A stretch of DNA of 51,241 nucleotides, counting the filler, from Sphacelaria rigidula (taxonomy: Eukaryota): NCBI GenBank assembly GCA_964200075.2. It is 2 parts of 2 records of this genome, joined end to end, with 100 filler letters (N's around TTAATTAATTAA, not from the genome) between each part and the next. Parts side by side here need not be neighbours in the genome. Positions count along the whole stretch, not along the records: positions 25,687 to 51,241 come from CAXNAA020000162.1; 1 more part is not named here. One strand, 5' to 3'. Positions within the stretch are counted from its first letter, which is position 1. Each line of letters starts with the position of its first letter. The translations under genes were made by a program, and so were the position numbers. Under the pieces are notes generated by a model. That model was not told where the DNA came from. It saw nothing but the letters and a program-made list of their open reading frames with translations, and ran no database searches. Positions 36,859 through 50,309 of this stretch are shown piece after piece.

Positions 36859-37354
36859 ATGACGCGGCGGCCACAACCTATCCGCTCGCAGAAACAAAGA
36901 TCGAGATGTAGCGCATCTAGCAGCGTTTTGGTCGCCGTGGCTGCCAGCTTGTGCGCCGAAAGCGACGGCATGTTCGTGCGTTCGCACGGAGCAGCCACCG
37001 GTACAGCCAGCACCTCGACCCTACAAGGCTTCATCATGGGCCCAAGTATTCACCGTAACGACATAGCAGGTGGTGGCAACACACATCCTGGAAGTAGCGC
37101 GATTATGAGTCAATGCGTGGTGGACACGCGATATAGACGACGAATGGCGTGGCTTGGCATGTTGGGTGGAGGTAGCACAGTCAGCGGCGGGGGGAGTGGC
37201 AAGGTGTTTTGGGGGTCGAGAGGACAAGTTCGACGAAAATGTCCGGTCAGTGGTAGTGGGTTTGCTTTGAGGATGGGAGCTGCACATTCTGGAGGTGATG
37301 TGGGGATGCATCTGGCGTCAGAGGTCGGAGCTCGAATGGGATCGTTTGCTGATG
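36859..37354 (+). CDS. ABC1/UbiB-family atypical kinase, probable exon 1 (targeting leader)
   Basis: ATG 36859; MTRRPQP...SVLVAVAASLCAES...LQGF...ALRM...SFAD, hydrophobic segment then Ser/Gly/Arg-rich region; donor G|GTGAGG phase 1 fits the next exon. Start codon choice uncertain. Confidence 0.6.
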
Positions 37355-38751
37355 GTGAGGCACCGATGGCAATCCAGATCTCCTTTGACCTTCGAGAGGT
37401 TCTCGTGTACGAAAGTAAACACCAACAACTCTCGCAGGACGCACATGTATCATTGAATGCCTATCTTGCTATCCCCCGTCCATCAGATCCTCTGTTAGCC
37501 GCACGTCTTGCTTTCTCTCCTGTTGTAAACCTTGGCCTACAAAAGTACGGCATATTCCTCCTTTACTCAGGACCCGGGGGACAGGTTCCGTATACGTTTT
37601 CCTCTCTTTCCTTGCCGTACAAACAGAGCTTGTGGTTGACAGTGTTCCCATGGTACGGTTTCCGTCATGGCGGTCTGCCTCCTCGGCCTTTCCTTTCGCA
37701 CAACTTTTGTTTGAAACGCTTTTGGGTACAGAACACATTTCGATGTGGATCATGCTGAGTCCGTCGTCTTCGTCATCGTTTCTTCTTCTTTTTACATTTC
37801 TTGTTTGTAATTCCTTTTCCGTCGTACTCGTACGAGCTGGTCCGGACCAAGGAGACCAAAAAGTGTCTCCATCGCACATGTCACGAACGGTAGCGAAATA
37901 AGCCTCGAACAAATCGTTTCCTATTACTGCACAACCGCCCCGGAGTGCGCTGTGCTCTCGTCAGTTATTCGGGTACTCTCATGATTTCACACTGTGCCAA
38001 CAGACCGAATACGGCCTGCGGGTAGCACCTGAAGGACGGATAGACGTAAACATCAACATAACTGACTTCTTGCCGGATCGTCCTGAAAGTAAGTTTGCGA
38101 ATTGCATTGCTGGTAACAAGGCAAGAAGCGACGGCATCTGTTTCGATCTCCATTCTCTGTCGCTCGAAAGCCGTGGTGTTGGAAGAAACATCTGCAGCAA
38201 TGTATGGGGGTTTCAAACCCCAAAAATCGTATGTATCTAGGATGATTCGCTCCAGTATTGCGAGTTACGATCCAAAATTTGAGGAAAGGAAATAATCTAT
38301 CATTCGAGGGTAGTTCTTATTGAGGAGGGAAGTGTACTCTCTGGAGACGACGGAGTGTTTTTGCTTTGGAAGCTCAGTCACCCTGGCCACGCTTCAAAAT
38401 AAGATAAAATTACAAAAGGCACCGGCAACGACGACCTTCGAATGATCGATGTCCTACTCCCTTCAATGTAACACCCCAACTTGCAACCCTCCGGCGAACA
38501 CTCTCCGGATACCCTTTTCTTCCTTTTTCGTTGGAACCAGCCTGTACCCGATTTCCCCGTGCAGCGAGGTTTTTCCCTTTGTTCAGCGAGGTTACGTCCA
38601 TGTTGAGACAGTGTGGTTGAGTTCACAGTGGATGAGTGAGTGCGGGCAGCGAAACAATCGATCGATTCATCTAGGAATTTGCAGCAGGAAAACGGCATAA
38701 CACAAGGACAGATTTTTTCCCTCTCTGGTGTCATTGTTTCTCCTGATGCAG

Positions 38752-38870
38752 GATATCGGGGATTCTCGGCCCAGGACTCCCCGGTGATTCTGAGCGTGCT
38801 GAGCGAGGAGCAAGCACAACTGGTGACCGAAGTGGCCGACTCGAAAACGAGCCACCAAATAATATCCATG
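38752..38870 (+). CDS. ABC1 kinase, probable exon 2
   Basis: GATGCAG| acceptor; (G)YRGFSAQDSPVILSVLSEEQAQLVTEVADSKTSHQIISM; donor |GTACGC; phase 1-0. Confidence 0.55.
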
Positions 38871-40256
38871 GTACGCCGCTGCCACGCTTCCTCTATTCCA
38901 ACTCTTGTGCAACAGCTTGTCTCGACAGAGGCACTTGGCCACCTTCGAATTTGCACTTGAAGTACCTTATTATTCTTGTAAGTCTATCAAGATGACAGAG
39001 GCGCTTAATTACCTTTAATTCCGTCTATTTCGAAATTTAGTATATTTCTACACGCTTTGAGCTGGTAATCTCTTCTTCTATGTTTGTCAAAACTGTTGTC
39101 TGTTGACCCTGAAGCACACGCCGTGCAAAGCCAAGAGGAAACTCTGCCGAAAACAAGAAGCCACAGTATTGTTTTTTGAAGAGGGATTGTTGCTAAGGTT
39201 GTCCAGGCAAGTGCATCACATACCGCCGCAGTTGCGGCGGCTGATGGTGTCGTTTCGGCTGTCCGAGAAAATGAGGAAGACGAATAATCAAAGTAGAAAA
39301 GCGTTGTCGAACTCAAAGGCAGTCGCACGCCTCAGGCACCACTTGGAATTGCCCGTCGTCCAGCAGACATGGCTGCCGTTGGCCCAAACCGGATTTTTGA
39401 GAAAGCGTTGCTCTCATTCAAGTCAATCTTGAAACTTTGCCGGGTCTCCTATGGTCCTAGCTCGAAGCCTACGCGACGGTACTCAACTACGTCGCGCTCG
39501 CGGTCAGTAACACAAGCCGCATCATTGGAGGTAACGATAGTGCCTGATATGAAGCATAATTGACCTGAAATTATTTTGAATGTGCATGCCTGAATGCTCC
39601 CACAGAGTGTTACATTGTTGCTGTTGGGGTCACTCCCGGTGGCTCAGGGGAAACACGGAAAGAACCAGGCACCAAAAATCCTTCGCAGCAAAGTGGTGGA
39701 AATATATACCATGCATTCTTTATGTACTTGTTTGATACCCCTGTCTGTAGCGAGACGCGATACATCTTGTGTCGGTATGCTTATAACGTGAGTTACAGCC
39801 ATCTGATTGATGCTCATTTCTCGATCATAGGGCCAAGTATAGGCGAACTACGCATCGTGAGTCAGCCCACCACGGTAGCGCCCTAAAGGAAGACATACTT
39901 TGCGGTAGCGTCCCCCAGGGGAGGTGTTGGATGATAACCTATAGCAAGCAATGTTGCGTCTAACTGGACCGTTCTACTCGGTGTCCATCTCTTCACGAAA
40001 ATGAGAGAGTATGAAATACCCTCGATCTCACGCTCCTACATATCCCTGCTTTTCATGAGAGCCTTCCTTTTTACCCTGATTTGGCCGCACAAACGCCTGT
40101 TGATCTACTTGAATTTCATCTCGTGCTGAGCAACGCAACCGGGTCTCGTAGGCGCCACCCAGCACTACCTTCCAACACAACGCACACACAGTTTGAGAAT
40201 CCACCCGTATTTTGCGCAGTATCCCGACGAATAGGATACCCACAAGGCACCTCTCA

Positions 40257-40558
40257 CGTCCCGGTGATGTAAATTAAAATGGCCCGACTGTCACCATTAC
40301 GGCGGAGAGAACGTGGGTTCGATTGCCGAGTCGATCGCTTTTTTCTTCGAAGTATCTGATTTTCACCGTCGAATGTGTCAGTAAGTGAGTGAACAAGAAG
40401 TAGTCGACTAAGTTTGTTTGGCAAGAGGTGACGCGGTGCGGGAGTGCCGATAGTCATGACCCAATCCGCGAGATCAAAAGCAAGGCGTGTGTCGGGGAGA
40501 AATGGGTTGTTCCCTTGGGAACACGAGCTCATCCCGAGGAATAGGAGGGGTTCAAACT
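40257..40558 (+). mobile_element. SINE family 2 copy
   Basis: CCGACTGTCACCATT...GAGAGAACGTGGGTTCGATT...GACCCAATCCGCGAGA...CATCCCGAGGAA...GGGGTTCAAA matches the reverse complement of 34614-34917. Confidence 0.75.
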
Positions 40559-40727
40559 GCGACAAATAATAACATAAATATAATCTCAAGGCTTTTACTC
40601 TGATGGGGAAGAGTATATCATGCACGTGCGCTGGATATTTTTCTCGCGATATACGAAAAAAACGAATACTCAAGCCGATACGTCAGCACTATATAGGAAC
40701 CAGGTATCGCTATACGGAAACCAAGCA

Positions 40728-40769
<42 letters not shown>

Positions 40770-41571
40770 CATATTTCCCACTTCCGCCCGCTCCGGGAAG
40801 GATGACCCGGGTCACGTTTTGAGCTGCTGTCCTTGTTCCCGTTCGGTTTCATTTGGCAGGCGTCAGACATGACCAACGCACTACAGTCGGCGTTGCGTCT
40901 TGCCCCTCTTCCCGCCAACGCGTGGGAGACCACCGACGAGATGTTCAAAGCTGTCGACGGTTACGTGGGTCCCGCCTGCAGGTAGGCGCGATACACCAGT
41001 ATCTTCAACATGTTGTGTGAAGGGGTACAACCCCCCTCCCCTTTCTGAGGGTGACCATAAAGATTTTCGCGTCAAAGATTCTGGAAATAGTGGAGGCGGA
41101 AGGTTACGTTGTTGTTGAACAGAGCTGGTCCACAGATACGTTTAGCGTTCACGCCATTTTCGCCATATATCGGTACAAGACGCAGACTTCTCGGGAGTAA
41201 AGGGTGTTGCTTCCCGAGGAAGCGGAAGCTGAACTATTTTCCTCGAGGAGGCTATACTCTTTCAATCATTAGAAATAAATCCATAACTCAAACCCTTGGG
41301 ACGCGAAACTATCAGGGATACGGCTCTTCATCAAGCATGGTGCAAGCTCGTGCAGCCAGAACCTACAACCCTTGATCAGGACCAGGCCCTGTCTCCTTGC
41401 CCCGCCGTATCTGCCTATATATCATCATCTTTGAGTCCTTACATGCAGTTCTATTCGTGGTTTGTGTCCGTTTGTTTGCTATTTGCCTCTTGCTTTTGCA
41501 CGATCTAACCGAGGATATTTTATACATACAGTTTTGGTCGCGAGGAAAAAACAGTTGCTTTGCGCACGCAG

Positions 41572-41633
41572 TTCTCGTTGTTCGTGGAGAGCATGCCCTC
41601 AGTGTTCGGTGAATGTCCCTCTGGAGATTGCAA
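41572..41633 (+). CDS. ABC1 kinase, probable small exon 3
   Basis: CACGCAG| acceptor; FSLFVESMPSVFGECPSGDC(K); donor |GTGAGT; phase 0-2, the phase change needed to link 38870 to 46182. Confidence 0.5.
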
Positions 41634-42949
41634 GTGAGTTTAAAGTATCACGCCTCAATGACGCAGTCCTCTTGAGAGAGCATCACGGCTCCCAACACCG
41701 GATTATGGGTCTGCAGCATCCGGAATCCCCAATAAAGTACGTTTGAGTGTTCACGCACGTTTTTGAACCATGCATGCATGGACGAACGAATTGGCGGGTG
41801 ATTGAAAATTTCGAGGCACCCGTAATGTTTGGTAAAACATTATACCCTCTTCTGAACACTCAATTGTGATCTGCATACCTCAGATTAGGGAGCGCATCAC
41901 CTCACGAGATGATACGATGTTTAGCCTCAATATCTCGATAAGTTACCTTACGCGAACACAACATCCCGTTTACGGGAACACCTCAAATATACGTTTTCAA
42001 TGGTAGTAGCTTCGGCGGCGTGATTACCTTCGGTGGGTCACGAGAAAAGAAAATAAAGCTTGAAAGCTCCCGTGAGGTACCATGTCATACTCCTTGGGGC
42101 ATCCACGGTGAGCGTATGCACCAGTAAACGAGTTTTGAGCAGACTCAGGTTTTGTTGACCGAGATTTCTGATTGAAACAAGAAAGCTTACGATAGCGTCA
42201 TTCCGTTACCACTTGGTTCTACCGCAACACAACTGCCAGATAAACAGCAAGCAAGGACTGCCTATCCGGTGTCATATTGTGGTTAACTTACCTACTCATT
42301 GTTTTGTTGCACTTGCTAGCCTGCACCCCAAGTCATCGGTTCCCACGATATTCGTGGACCTTTGCTGTGTCCAGACTACATGTCCAACGTGAGTAACGAC
42401 GTTTTGAAGGGAACACATGAGCTAAGAAATTGACTGATGCCGTGATAGTCCCCCCAGGAAATTGGTTGGTTTGAGGAGCCAAAATCTACATGCGGATCAA
42501 AATGACAAAAGCCGAGCACAATAAGCAGTTGGGAACTCCCACGCTTGAGATAGTTTTTGTCAATGCCGCTAATATAAAGCCCTTTAAGCTGTGTGAAGCC
42601 ACTACGATATGCCGTGTGGCCATTTTCTTCATGGTAGTTTCGGGGCTGAGTTGGGGAGGGGCTACCATGGCATGACTCATTAGTACTACCAATATATCGA
42701 TTGAAGTAGTATAACAGAAGAGTAGTGGCGTACACCGCATTCGTCATTAGGCTCCATTTGGTGTACGCTCATACGTAAAACTCCATGTTGCTGCTTTTTC
42801 CAAAAGTCATATCTGAACCTTTCATTGTCAGAAAGCGTAACAGTGATGGAAACGATATTCTCCCCTCTTAAATAGACCCACTGCATTTCGTGTAGGGAAG
42901 GGCAGGAACTATCATAGCCTTCTACTGTTTATTTGGACAACGACTTAGG

Positions 42950-45420
42950 CCCTCACTAACGCACCAAGCTATTGCCACTACGTGTCTCCTGACGACGCCC
43001 TATGGGCTGTTTGCCTCCATCGTGAGGCTGAATAGTAGAGCTACCACGGTAGATGAGTTATGCGCCCTTCACGCCAGGAAATGACCAAATACTATTGGTT
43101 GAGGGAGCGAGTGATTGTTGCACACCAACTGAATCCCAATGGATCCAACCGTGGTCACAGGGTAGGCGTACGTAAGGTGAACAATACGAAAACACCCACC
43201 AACGGAAACTCGCCGAAGAGAGGAAGCAAAGAGAAGAAACATAGCAAACGGAAAAACTGAACGAGGTGAACTGAGTAATGACGATAGACAAAACAGGAAG
43301 ATGGAGGGAGATAGAAAAGGAAAAGGAAAGGAAAGGAAAGGAAAGGAAAGGAGTAAAATAACACAAATGATCGGTCCCGACGGTAGTAATGAGAATGATG
43401 ACAGCACCAAGAGCAACCAAAGGGAAATTAAGAAATTGAACACGAAGGCCACGCAAAACATATGCACGAATGCAGCTAGAAGCAGTCCTAAGGCTAAAAG
43501 CAAAATAAATAAGCTAATAGCCCACAAGACAATGCAGGGATATATGTCTTTTTCAATTCTGCTTCTCCCATTCACTCCTAGTCGGGTGTTACACGGGTCA
43601 CTCGCTCGACCATTTTCATTCGGCACTCCTCTCAAGCTATCGCTGTTGTTGTGTCAGGGATGGCGCTCTCCTGTTGGCGGCTCTCAACACAAAAGTCTCT
43701 TGCTTGTGGCGTAGGCCCAATTGCCGTAGGTCTTCACGTTTCTACGCCTCCTCGAACTTCTCCGCCTCTGTCTTGATCCCCAGATGACATATGCCCATGT
43801 TCTTCGAGGCAGTGATCCAGTCTTGTAAGTCGCGAACTCCATTCCGTAGACGAACCAATTCCTGCGTTCTACCTTTCATGGGACTGTCTCTGACGCACGG
43901 AGTTTCTCCTGGAGGCGATCCCCCCAGTGTTTTGAAGGCTGACCTACCTCCTTGGGCCCTTGCGTGGCCATTCGTTTGAACATGATCTGCTTCGGAAGAC
44001 GTGTTCCGCCCTGCCGGACGAAGACCCCCGCGAGGCAGAGTTGAGCTTGCAGATGGTCGTCTCGAGACGCTCACAGTTGTTTATGTCGAGGGCCAGCTCT
44101 GTATGAAATAGGCTTGTGTCCAGTGCGACGACCCTTCTTGCGAAAGTCGACTGCTTACGGTGACAGCTTGTGGTGGGCACTGCAGGGGATTTCGAAGTCC
44201 TCTGGGCGCAGCGTCCACGTAGCACATCCGTACGCCATACTTCGAAGAAGATTCCACCACCTGCCACTATGAGCAGCCGGATTCCTAGGGAGAATTTGGC
44301 GTTGGGCCGCCCGTGAAGTTGGTAACCACACTTTCGGAGGTGTGCCCACGCAGCGCTGACACGGCGCTTGATCCCCTCTGGAGCATCGTATATGCCCTGA
44401 TAGCACCACCGGGGTAGACGAATTCGGTCATCTGCTTGTACCGTTGACCTACTGTCTTGATGTGCAGTGCGGTCTCCGGGGAGCTGGGTAGTGACCCCTG
44501 GCGCATGCCCTCCGTCTTGCTCTCAGGTACCGTGAGGCCAAAATCCTGACAGACCACTACCATTGTACCACAGTCATCATCCTAGCAAGCCCGTCTGGGG
44601 ACCTCGACGTCATGCCTGCCTTATTTGCGTACGGCATTTCCCGTACAGCGCGTTGCACCCTCTCCGGTGGTGTCTCTTCCAGGGTTTCACCGACCACACC
44701 CCATGGCGCATCATCTAGATATACCAAGCCTGAGACGGTGACCGGATCTGCCTCGACATGTTGTAGGGTGACATCGACCAATGCCGCGCTGGAGATGCTG
44801 AACAGTAACGGGGGCGAAGCGCATCCTTGTTGAAGTTCCTGACAGACGTGGAACTGCTGTGATCGTTCGCCATCGTCCACTTGGATCCGAGCTCGCATGC
44901 TGTCGTGGAACATACGGACTTTGCCTCGATCATCCGCGGCGAGACTCCAAAACAGGCAAACACTTCGCACAGGAGCGCACGGGTTACTGAGTCGTAGGCC
45001 TTTTGCAGATCGTTGCAGTACGTGTTCTATGAGACGTTACTCGCTCCACCCTAACTCTTGCGGTCGGCGTACCACGAGCACCGTGTCGGTGGTTGGTCGT
45101 TGGCGCCGGAATCCGCACTGTTCATCAGCTCTGTGCTTCAGCAGTTTATCGTCTTTGTCCTTGATGTGCTGCTCGCTCTCTACTTCTCCTCCCGCAAAAA
45201 TCCATCTTCCTTGCACCATACGGGGTTACCCCTCGGCCTCACTCGTACCGTCAACCTGGCACTCTCCCGCTCATTCCAGACCTGTTCGAAATCGGGCCGG
45301 TGTGCAGCATCCTCGAAGCACTCCTGTATGGTGACTTTCGGGTCGGACAGATCATCGCCGTCTCAGCGGAGCTCAAGAGTATATCGGCAAAGTTTGCAGC
45401 CAATGCACTGACTGCATCGC
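42950..45420 (-). mobile_element. Degenerate RTE-like LINE: reverse transcriptase (about 45420-43740) plus probable 3' UTR
   Basis: Frameshifted pieces EQCGFRRQRPTTDTVLVVRRPQELG, FHDSMRARIQVDDGE...LQQGCASPPLLF, PYANKAG (decayed YADD), FGLTVPESKTE, EFVYPGGAI, YGCATWTL. Pyrimidine-rich tail on - with (CTTTC)n near 43315-43350. Boundaries approximate. Confidence 0.88.
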
Positions 45421-46181
45421 AGTTTACCCTGCTTCAGGTCGCTAATGATGGGCTGGGTCAGTAGCTCAAGTCTCCGTCGGTGTCGGACCTTATCGATCGC
45501 CTGTCTACGGGTTTACGCCCAGTGGAGGCTCGTCGACATCGATCGCGTGCGAGTCGACCAAAGAGCTTCACAGAGGCACACACGATATTATCGTCTGATT
45601 TCGGCAAGGTTGCCGGTTGGAGGTGGACGATGGCAGTGCGAACAAACCTACGGTGGGCTTGCCATGTGATGTGTAGTCAATGCGCTTCTTGTCCGCAGGA
45701 CGGTTAACAATACCGTTGAAATGTTTTCGACGTGCCTGCCTTCGGGGAGGCAAACATGTGTTGACCAGGGCAGGCCTGTTGTCACCTGCGAGTAAGTTGA
45801 CGTACAGCAGTTCCGGTGCTATTACTGGTCAGGAGTCTCGGCCGTAAGCCCCTCTGCGAGTGAACCAATGTGCTCATGTCACACAGGGAACTCTTCAAAC
45901 GGCGTGGGGGTCCACCCTGATAGCTGTGATTGGGCTGTCAAAGTAAATGTTGAACGCATTTTGGCGAAAGTTTCTATTATATCGCGAAATCATTCTCATC
46001 TCAGATCTTATTTTATAACCGGTATCAAACTCCATCTGTATTATCTGGACGTTCTTTCCAGAATCATATTCCCATCACATCATGTGTTAACTGAAGTGAC
46101 TGGTGTCTTTTCACCTAAAGTTTGATTCTGACCGACGTTGGTCGGATGGCTATGCCCACATGTGTGCTTTCTATGACGCAG

Positions 46182-46344
46182 GCTGGCGAGGGCTTCGTTG
46201 GAAGGCATTGGTTTAAACTCGGAGCAGGCGTCTGCAGCTGTGGCGGCGATGACTCTGCTAGGATCTGCGGCTGTTCTAGGGGTGTTTGTTGAACGCTTCG
46301 GGGGAGATATGCCGCCGTTGCCTACCGAGTACGATCTCGAAAAG
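46182..46344 (+). CDS. ABC1 kinase exon
   Basis: GACGCAG| acceptor; LARASLEGIG...AAMTLLGSAAVLGVFVERFGGDMPPLPTEYDLEK; donor |GTGAGC; LPxxYD continues into LDAFYRRKP as in ABC1K N-termini. Confidence 0.8.
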
Positions 46345-48154
46345 GTGAGCTTCTTTCGGAAACTGCTTGCAAGGGAATACTGTACTTGGAGTTCGACGTA
46401 AACATTCTTTGATGCCTGAATCTCAGCCTGTTTTTGTTTCTGTTTTCCCTTTCCTCCCGCTTCGTTTTTCTCGCCTTATTTCTTCCCCATTCGCTCTATT
46501 TGTCCTCTCCTTTCCTTCATGACTAACGCTACGATAGCCCTCCCGCCCAAAACAAATGGCTGGTTTGGGGAGCCAAAATCTACACGAAAGTCGAAACGAA
46601 ACAAGCGGAGCACAAGAAGCAGCTGGAATCGTTTTCGCTAATGTCGCCCATATTAGGCGCTTCATGCAGCCTGAAACCAAACATCACGCACTGTATGACC
46701 ATTTCTTTTTGACAGCTTTGGGCTGGTCCTTTGGGGGGTCTCTCGTAGTACAAGCCTTCTATCTCTACCGTTTCTCGAGTTGCCTTCAGTAAGTGTTTCC
46801 ATTTGTTTGCTTGGATGCGTCCATCTTGTGGATGGTGGCGAGGGCCGAGTTTTTGGTGGATGAGTCAATATGCGGCAATCAAAAACCAATTAGTTGGACG
46901 ATTTTGTTTTCTTCCAGCGACGGTGAGAATCAAATGGCCCCTTCGGTGTGAGCGCGATCACAAACATCTTGGGTTGGATTTGACTGATGGAATTGATTTC
47001 GAATTAGTTGGAGACAATGTCACATGTTGACGGTGTTGAAGGAACCGAAAGCAGTCCTATTGCTTCATACGCCATCAGAATTTGGCAAACGACACGATAC
47101 ACGAATACGAGGCCCCTCGAATCTTCAACGAAGTCTCTCCAATTTTCTTCCCCTTTATGCCGAAAAAAGATGACACAGGGGGGCACAATGGGCTCTCAAC
47201 ACACCGCTTCGGTCATGGCTCATCTATGGTGCCTGATCGTGGCATGCACGTCTGTGAATGCCCTTGTGAATCATGCAGTACATTTCCAGGGGGGATGCAG
47301 ACGACATATGAAAGGTCTGGAAAATCACATAACTCAGAGAATTAACTCACGCATAACCGAATTCCAGTGAGAAGTGGAGCAACGGCCCAAGCAGGGGTTG
47401 CCAATGACAATGCACGAATGATCAACCCTCAACTCGTAAGTCGGCGTATAGGGTGCGACGAGAGGTAATGATCACCGACGAACTTTTTTTGTCCTTTATT
47501 GATTGATCGATCGGTTGATTGATTGGGTGTTGCATATGACTGCTATCCTGCGGGATCCAGGCGTGTTTACAAGAGTCGTACTTGAGGTAAAAAATTAGGA
47601 AAACACTCGCTGGAAAGGAAAAGGGATATCCGCCCTAAAACATAAGGAAAGGAAATGGATAGAAGAAGACACGAAGATTAAACGGAAACGAAAACATGAA
47701 AAAGAAGAGGAAGGAAATGGAAGGGAACAAGAAAAATCAAAATTAAACTAATGGAAAATAAATAAGGATAAATCAAATAAAACAAAAATAAAATAAAATG
47801 CAATGAAATAAAATGTAATGAAATAAAAATGTAATGAAAATGAAAAAAAAACAGAAATAGAACAAGAAAACCACGCAAGCCTCAGCAGTCAAGGACAAAG
47901 TATAGCAGAAGATTCACAGGAGCACAATGGGGAATATCACAAGGCTATGAGCCAAGGAAAAAATCAACAAGCGATGAGAGAAGACAGGGAAAGTCGATGT
48001 ACGGTTTAAGTCCGCTCCCCCTATTCACATACCCCTACATGCCCCGTTCAATACACTCAAAACGAAACATAATCGCCGGTGAGAAGAGGCATGCACGAGA
48101 ATTGACCACTTTTTACCTTGTGCTTGCCCTCCCTCTCCTCCCGCCTCTGAAAAG

Positions 48155-48343
48155 TTGGACGCATTTTACAGGCGGAAACCCTTGGTTGTGGCTCGTCGAT
48201 TCGTGGAAGTCTCTTCCTCCCTGGCTCGCTTCTTGTTGAGCGTTTTGGCGGACGTCTTGACCAACAACTGGGACAAGAACATGCGAATCCGGGCGGTGCA
48301 AATGCGAGAGTTCACGAGCTCCAATGGCCCGGCTTTCATCAAG
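48155..48343 (+). CDS. ABC1 kinase exon
   Basis: LDAFYRRKPLVVARRF...RAVQMREFTSSNGPAFIK; GPAFIK is the start of the KxGQ motif; donor |GTGGAG. Confidence 0.9.
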
Positions 48344-49016
48344 GTGGAGGTTCTGGTTGTTGAATGTTGGTTGGTGTAGTGATGGAGCTGCGGTTACGGA
48401 TGCGGTCAGGTTCTGAAGCGATTGGTCTTGAGAGTGTTGACTCAACAGTTTGAGCCGAGAGCATGCACTCCTTTTGCCACACTATTTAGATTTTGCGCGG
48501 ATACTATCATGGTTCCCATGTCCGTCCGAGCCTTTATCGAGGTAAGCCGGGGTCATGAACGCTGTCGGTGGTTTTTCTCGGGACCTTCACGAGTTCTTAG
48601 ACCGACATCTACATCAGGTTTCCTTGTTTGTTCACGCCTTTTTCAGTCTTCTCTTCCTCTTGTGTTACGATTAAGGAGTGCTTCCGCTTGCAGGTCTCGG
48701 TGACATGAGTCTAGTAAACACGGCTGGGTCAGTGGCGGATGAGTTAATGTAGCACAATCAATGAATCGATCGATTACTATATGCAGTCATCATCAATCAA
48801 TTCAAGAAAGAAGTACCACCATCATCAGGGCTAGGACCATTCATTCTTTACACAGCTACTGTGGTACTCACTGCATACAGCTAGAAGTCTGGTTTGAAGC
48901 GCAGAAACTACACAGAGAAATCCCGATACAAGTCTGTGTCTCTGTTATTCACTTCACCCTTTTCCATCATTACTTTGTCGGGAAATCCCGTTTTGTCCAA
49001 TGTATATATATAACAG

Positions 49017-49088
49017 GTGGGACAAGGAGCGTCCATTAGACCCGACATCTTGCCTGCTCCATACCTAGAGGAGATGCAGAAGTTGCAG
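49017..49088 (+). CDS. ABC1 kinase exon
   Basis: TAACAG| acceptor; VGQGASIRPDILPAPYLEEMQKLQ completes KxGQ...RPD...LQD; donor |GTACGT. Confidence 0.92.
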
Positions 49089-50156
49089 GTACGTGTCAGC
49101 CGTTTTCATGTTCAGTGAAGGTACTTGACTATAGATTCGCGTGCTCACTCGCCCCACCAGTGCGTCATCGCTTTGCCATGCGACAGAAAGTGTTTTTGGT
49201 GAGACACGACTGCCCGAAATACTTGGGCTGCTTACGAAACAGGGCTGCAATAGACCCTAGGAAAGCGTTGAAGCCTCTTTTGCGCGACGTCATATCATCA
49301 ACTGTTGGTGTGGCCCTCATCCACGGTTGCACATGCATCTTGGCGTAACGAATAGTCGAATGCTACGACCATCTCCGGCCGAATCAACATACTCTCTAAG
49401 TTACTGGTGGGGGGTACGTTGTTCGGGAGAGGAGGCGACGGAGGCGGGCCACTGTGGCGCGGGTTACGGACGTCTGACTTTCATTCAATACACCCATCTC
49501 ATTCATCCGGTATCTCAATCAATCTTCAATCAACTTTTATTCATTCATTGCTTTGCTGTGCATGTCGCAAGGCAAGCAACAGATGAGTACGCCCCCCCTC
49601 CCGCCTCCTCGGGACGAGTTCGTCGTCTAATGGTCTCAAGGGGTCAACCTATCTCTCCCCCGATACATGCCTTGCACTTCGTTATCGAGCGTTGGATCGT
49701 GGTTATCAGCAGCCCTGCAACTCGTCGACCTTCATCGAACTACTCTTAATGTGTAGATCCAAACTTTCCAAGGATGAGCGGAGTTTCAGTTATATGCAGC
49801 AGAAGCTATGGAACCATCATCGCTAGCAGCATCATCCTCATCATCACCGACATCAGCGTCGTCATGGTCGTGAAAAGGGACAAAAACTAATTCTTGTTTT
49901 TACTACCCATATCGGTTGATCATCACATACACCACCTAATCCACGAAGACTCCAGCTACGGCCACGAGGTAGACATACCCGAGGTGAAGAAAGGAACACA
50001 ATTGCTAGGGGAAATTCCGCACAGGAGGGGGGAGCGGGGATATTTTCACCATCGTTGCTGCTGCTGCTGTTGCTGTTGCTGCCTCCGCTGCTGCTACTGT
50101 TGCTACCGTTGTTGCTGTTTTTGCTGTTTTTGCTGTTTTTGCTGTTGTTGCGGTAG

Positions 50157-50288
50157 GATCGAGTGCCTGAGTTTTCTTCGGCCGAGGCAAAAACAATCCT
50201 TGAGCGAGAACTAGGCGTGCCGGTGGAACGAGTCTTCGACAGTATACGTTCCTTCGACAGACCTATCGCCGCCGCCTCTTTGGGCCAG
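50157..50288 (+). CDS. ABC1 kinase exon (gene continues beyond window)
   Basis: GGTAG| acceptor; DRVPEFSSAEAKTILERELG...FDRPIAAASLGQ contains the diagnostic A-rich loop PIAAASLGQ; donor |GTACCT. Confidence 0.93.
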
Positions 50289-50309
50289 GTACCTATATTG
50301 CGGAGCAGG

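Noticed and set aside
36760-37758. 332-aa single-exon ORF
   Set aside because: Only 36859-37354 fits as an exon; the remainder is read-through into the intron, and the first ATG precedes a poly(C) run.
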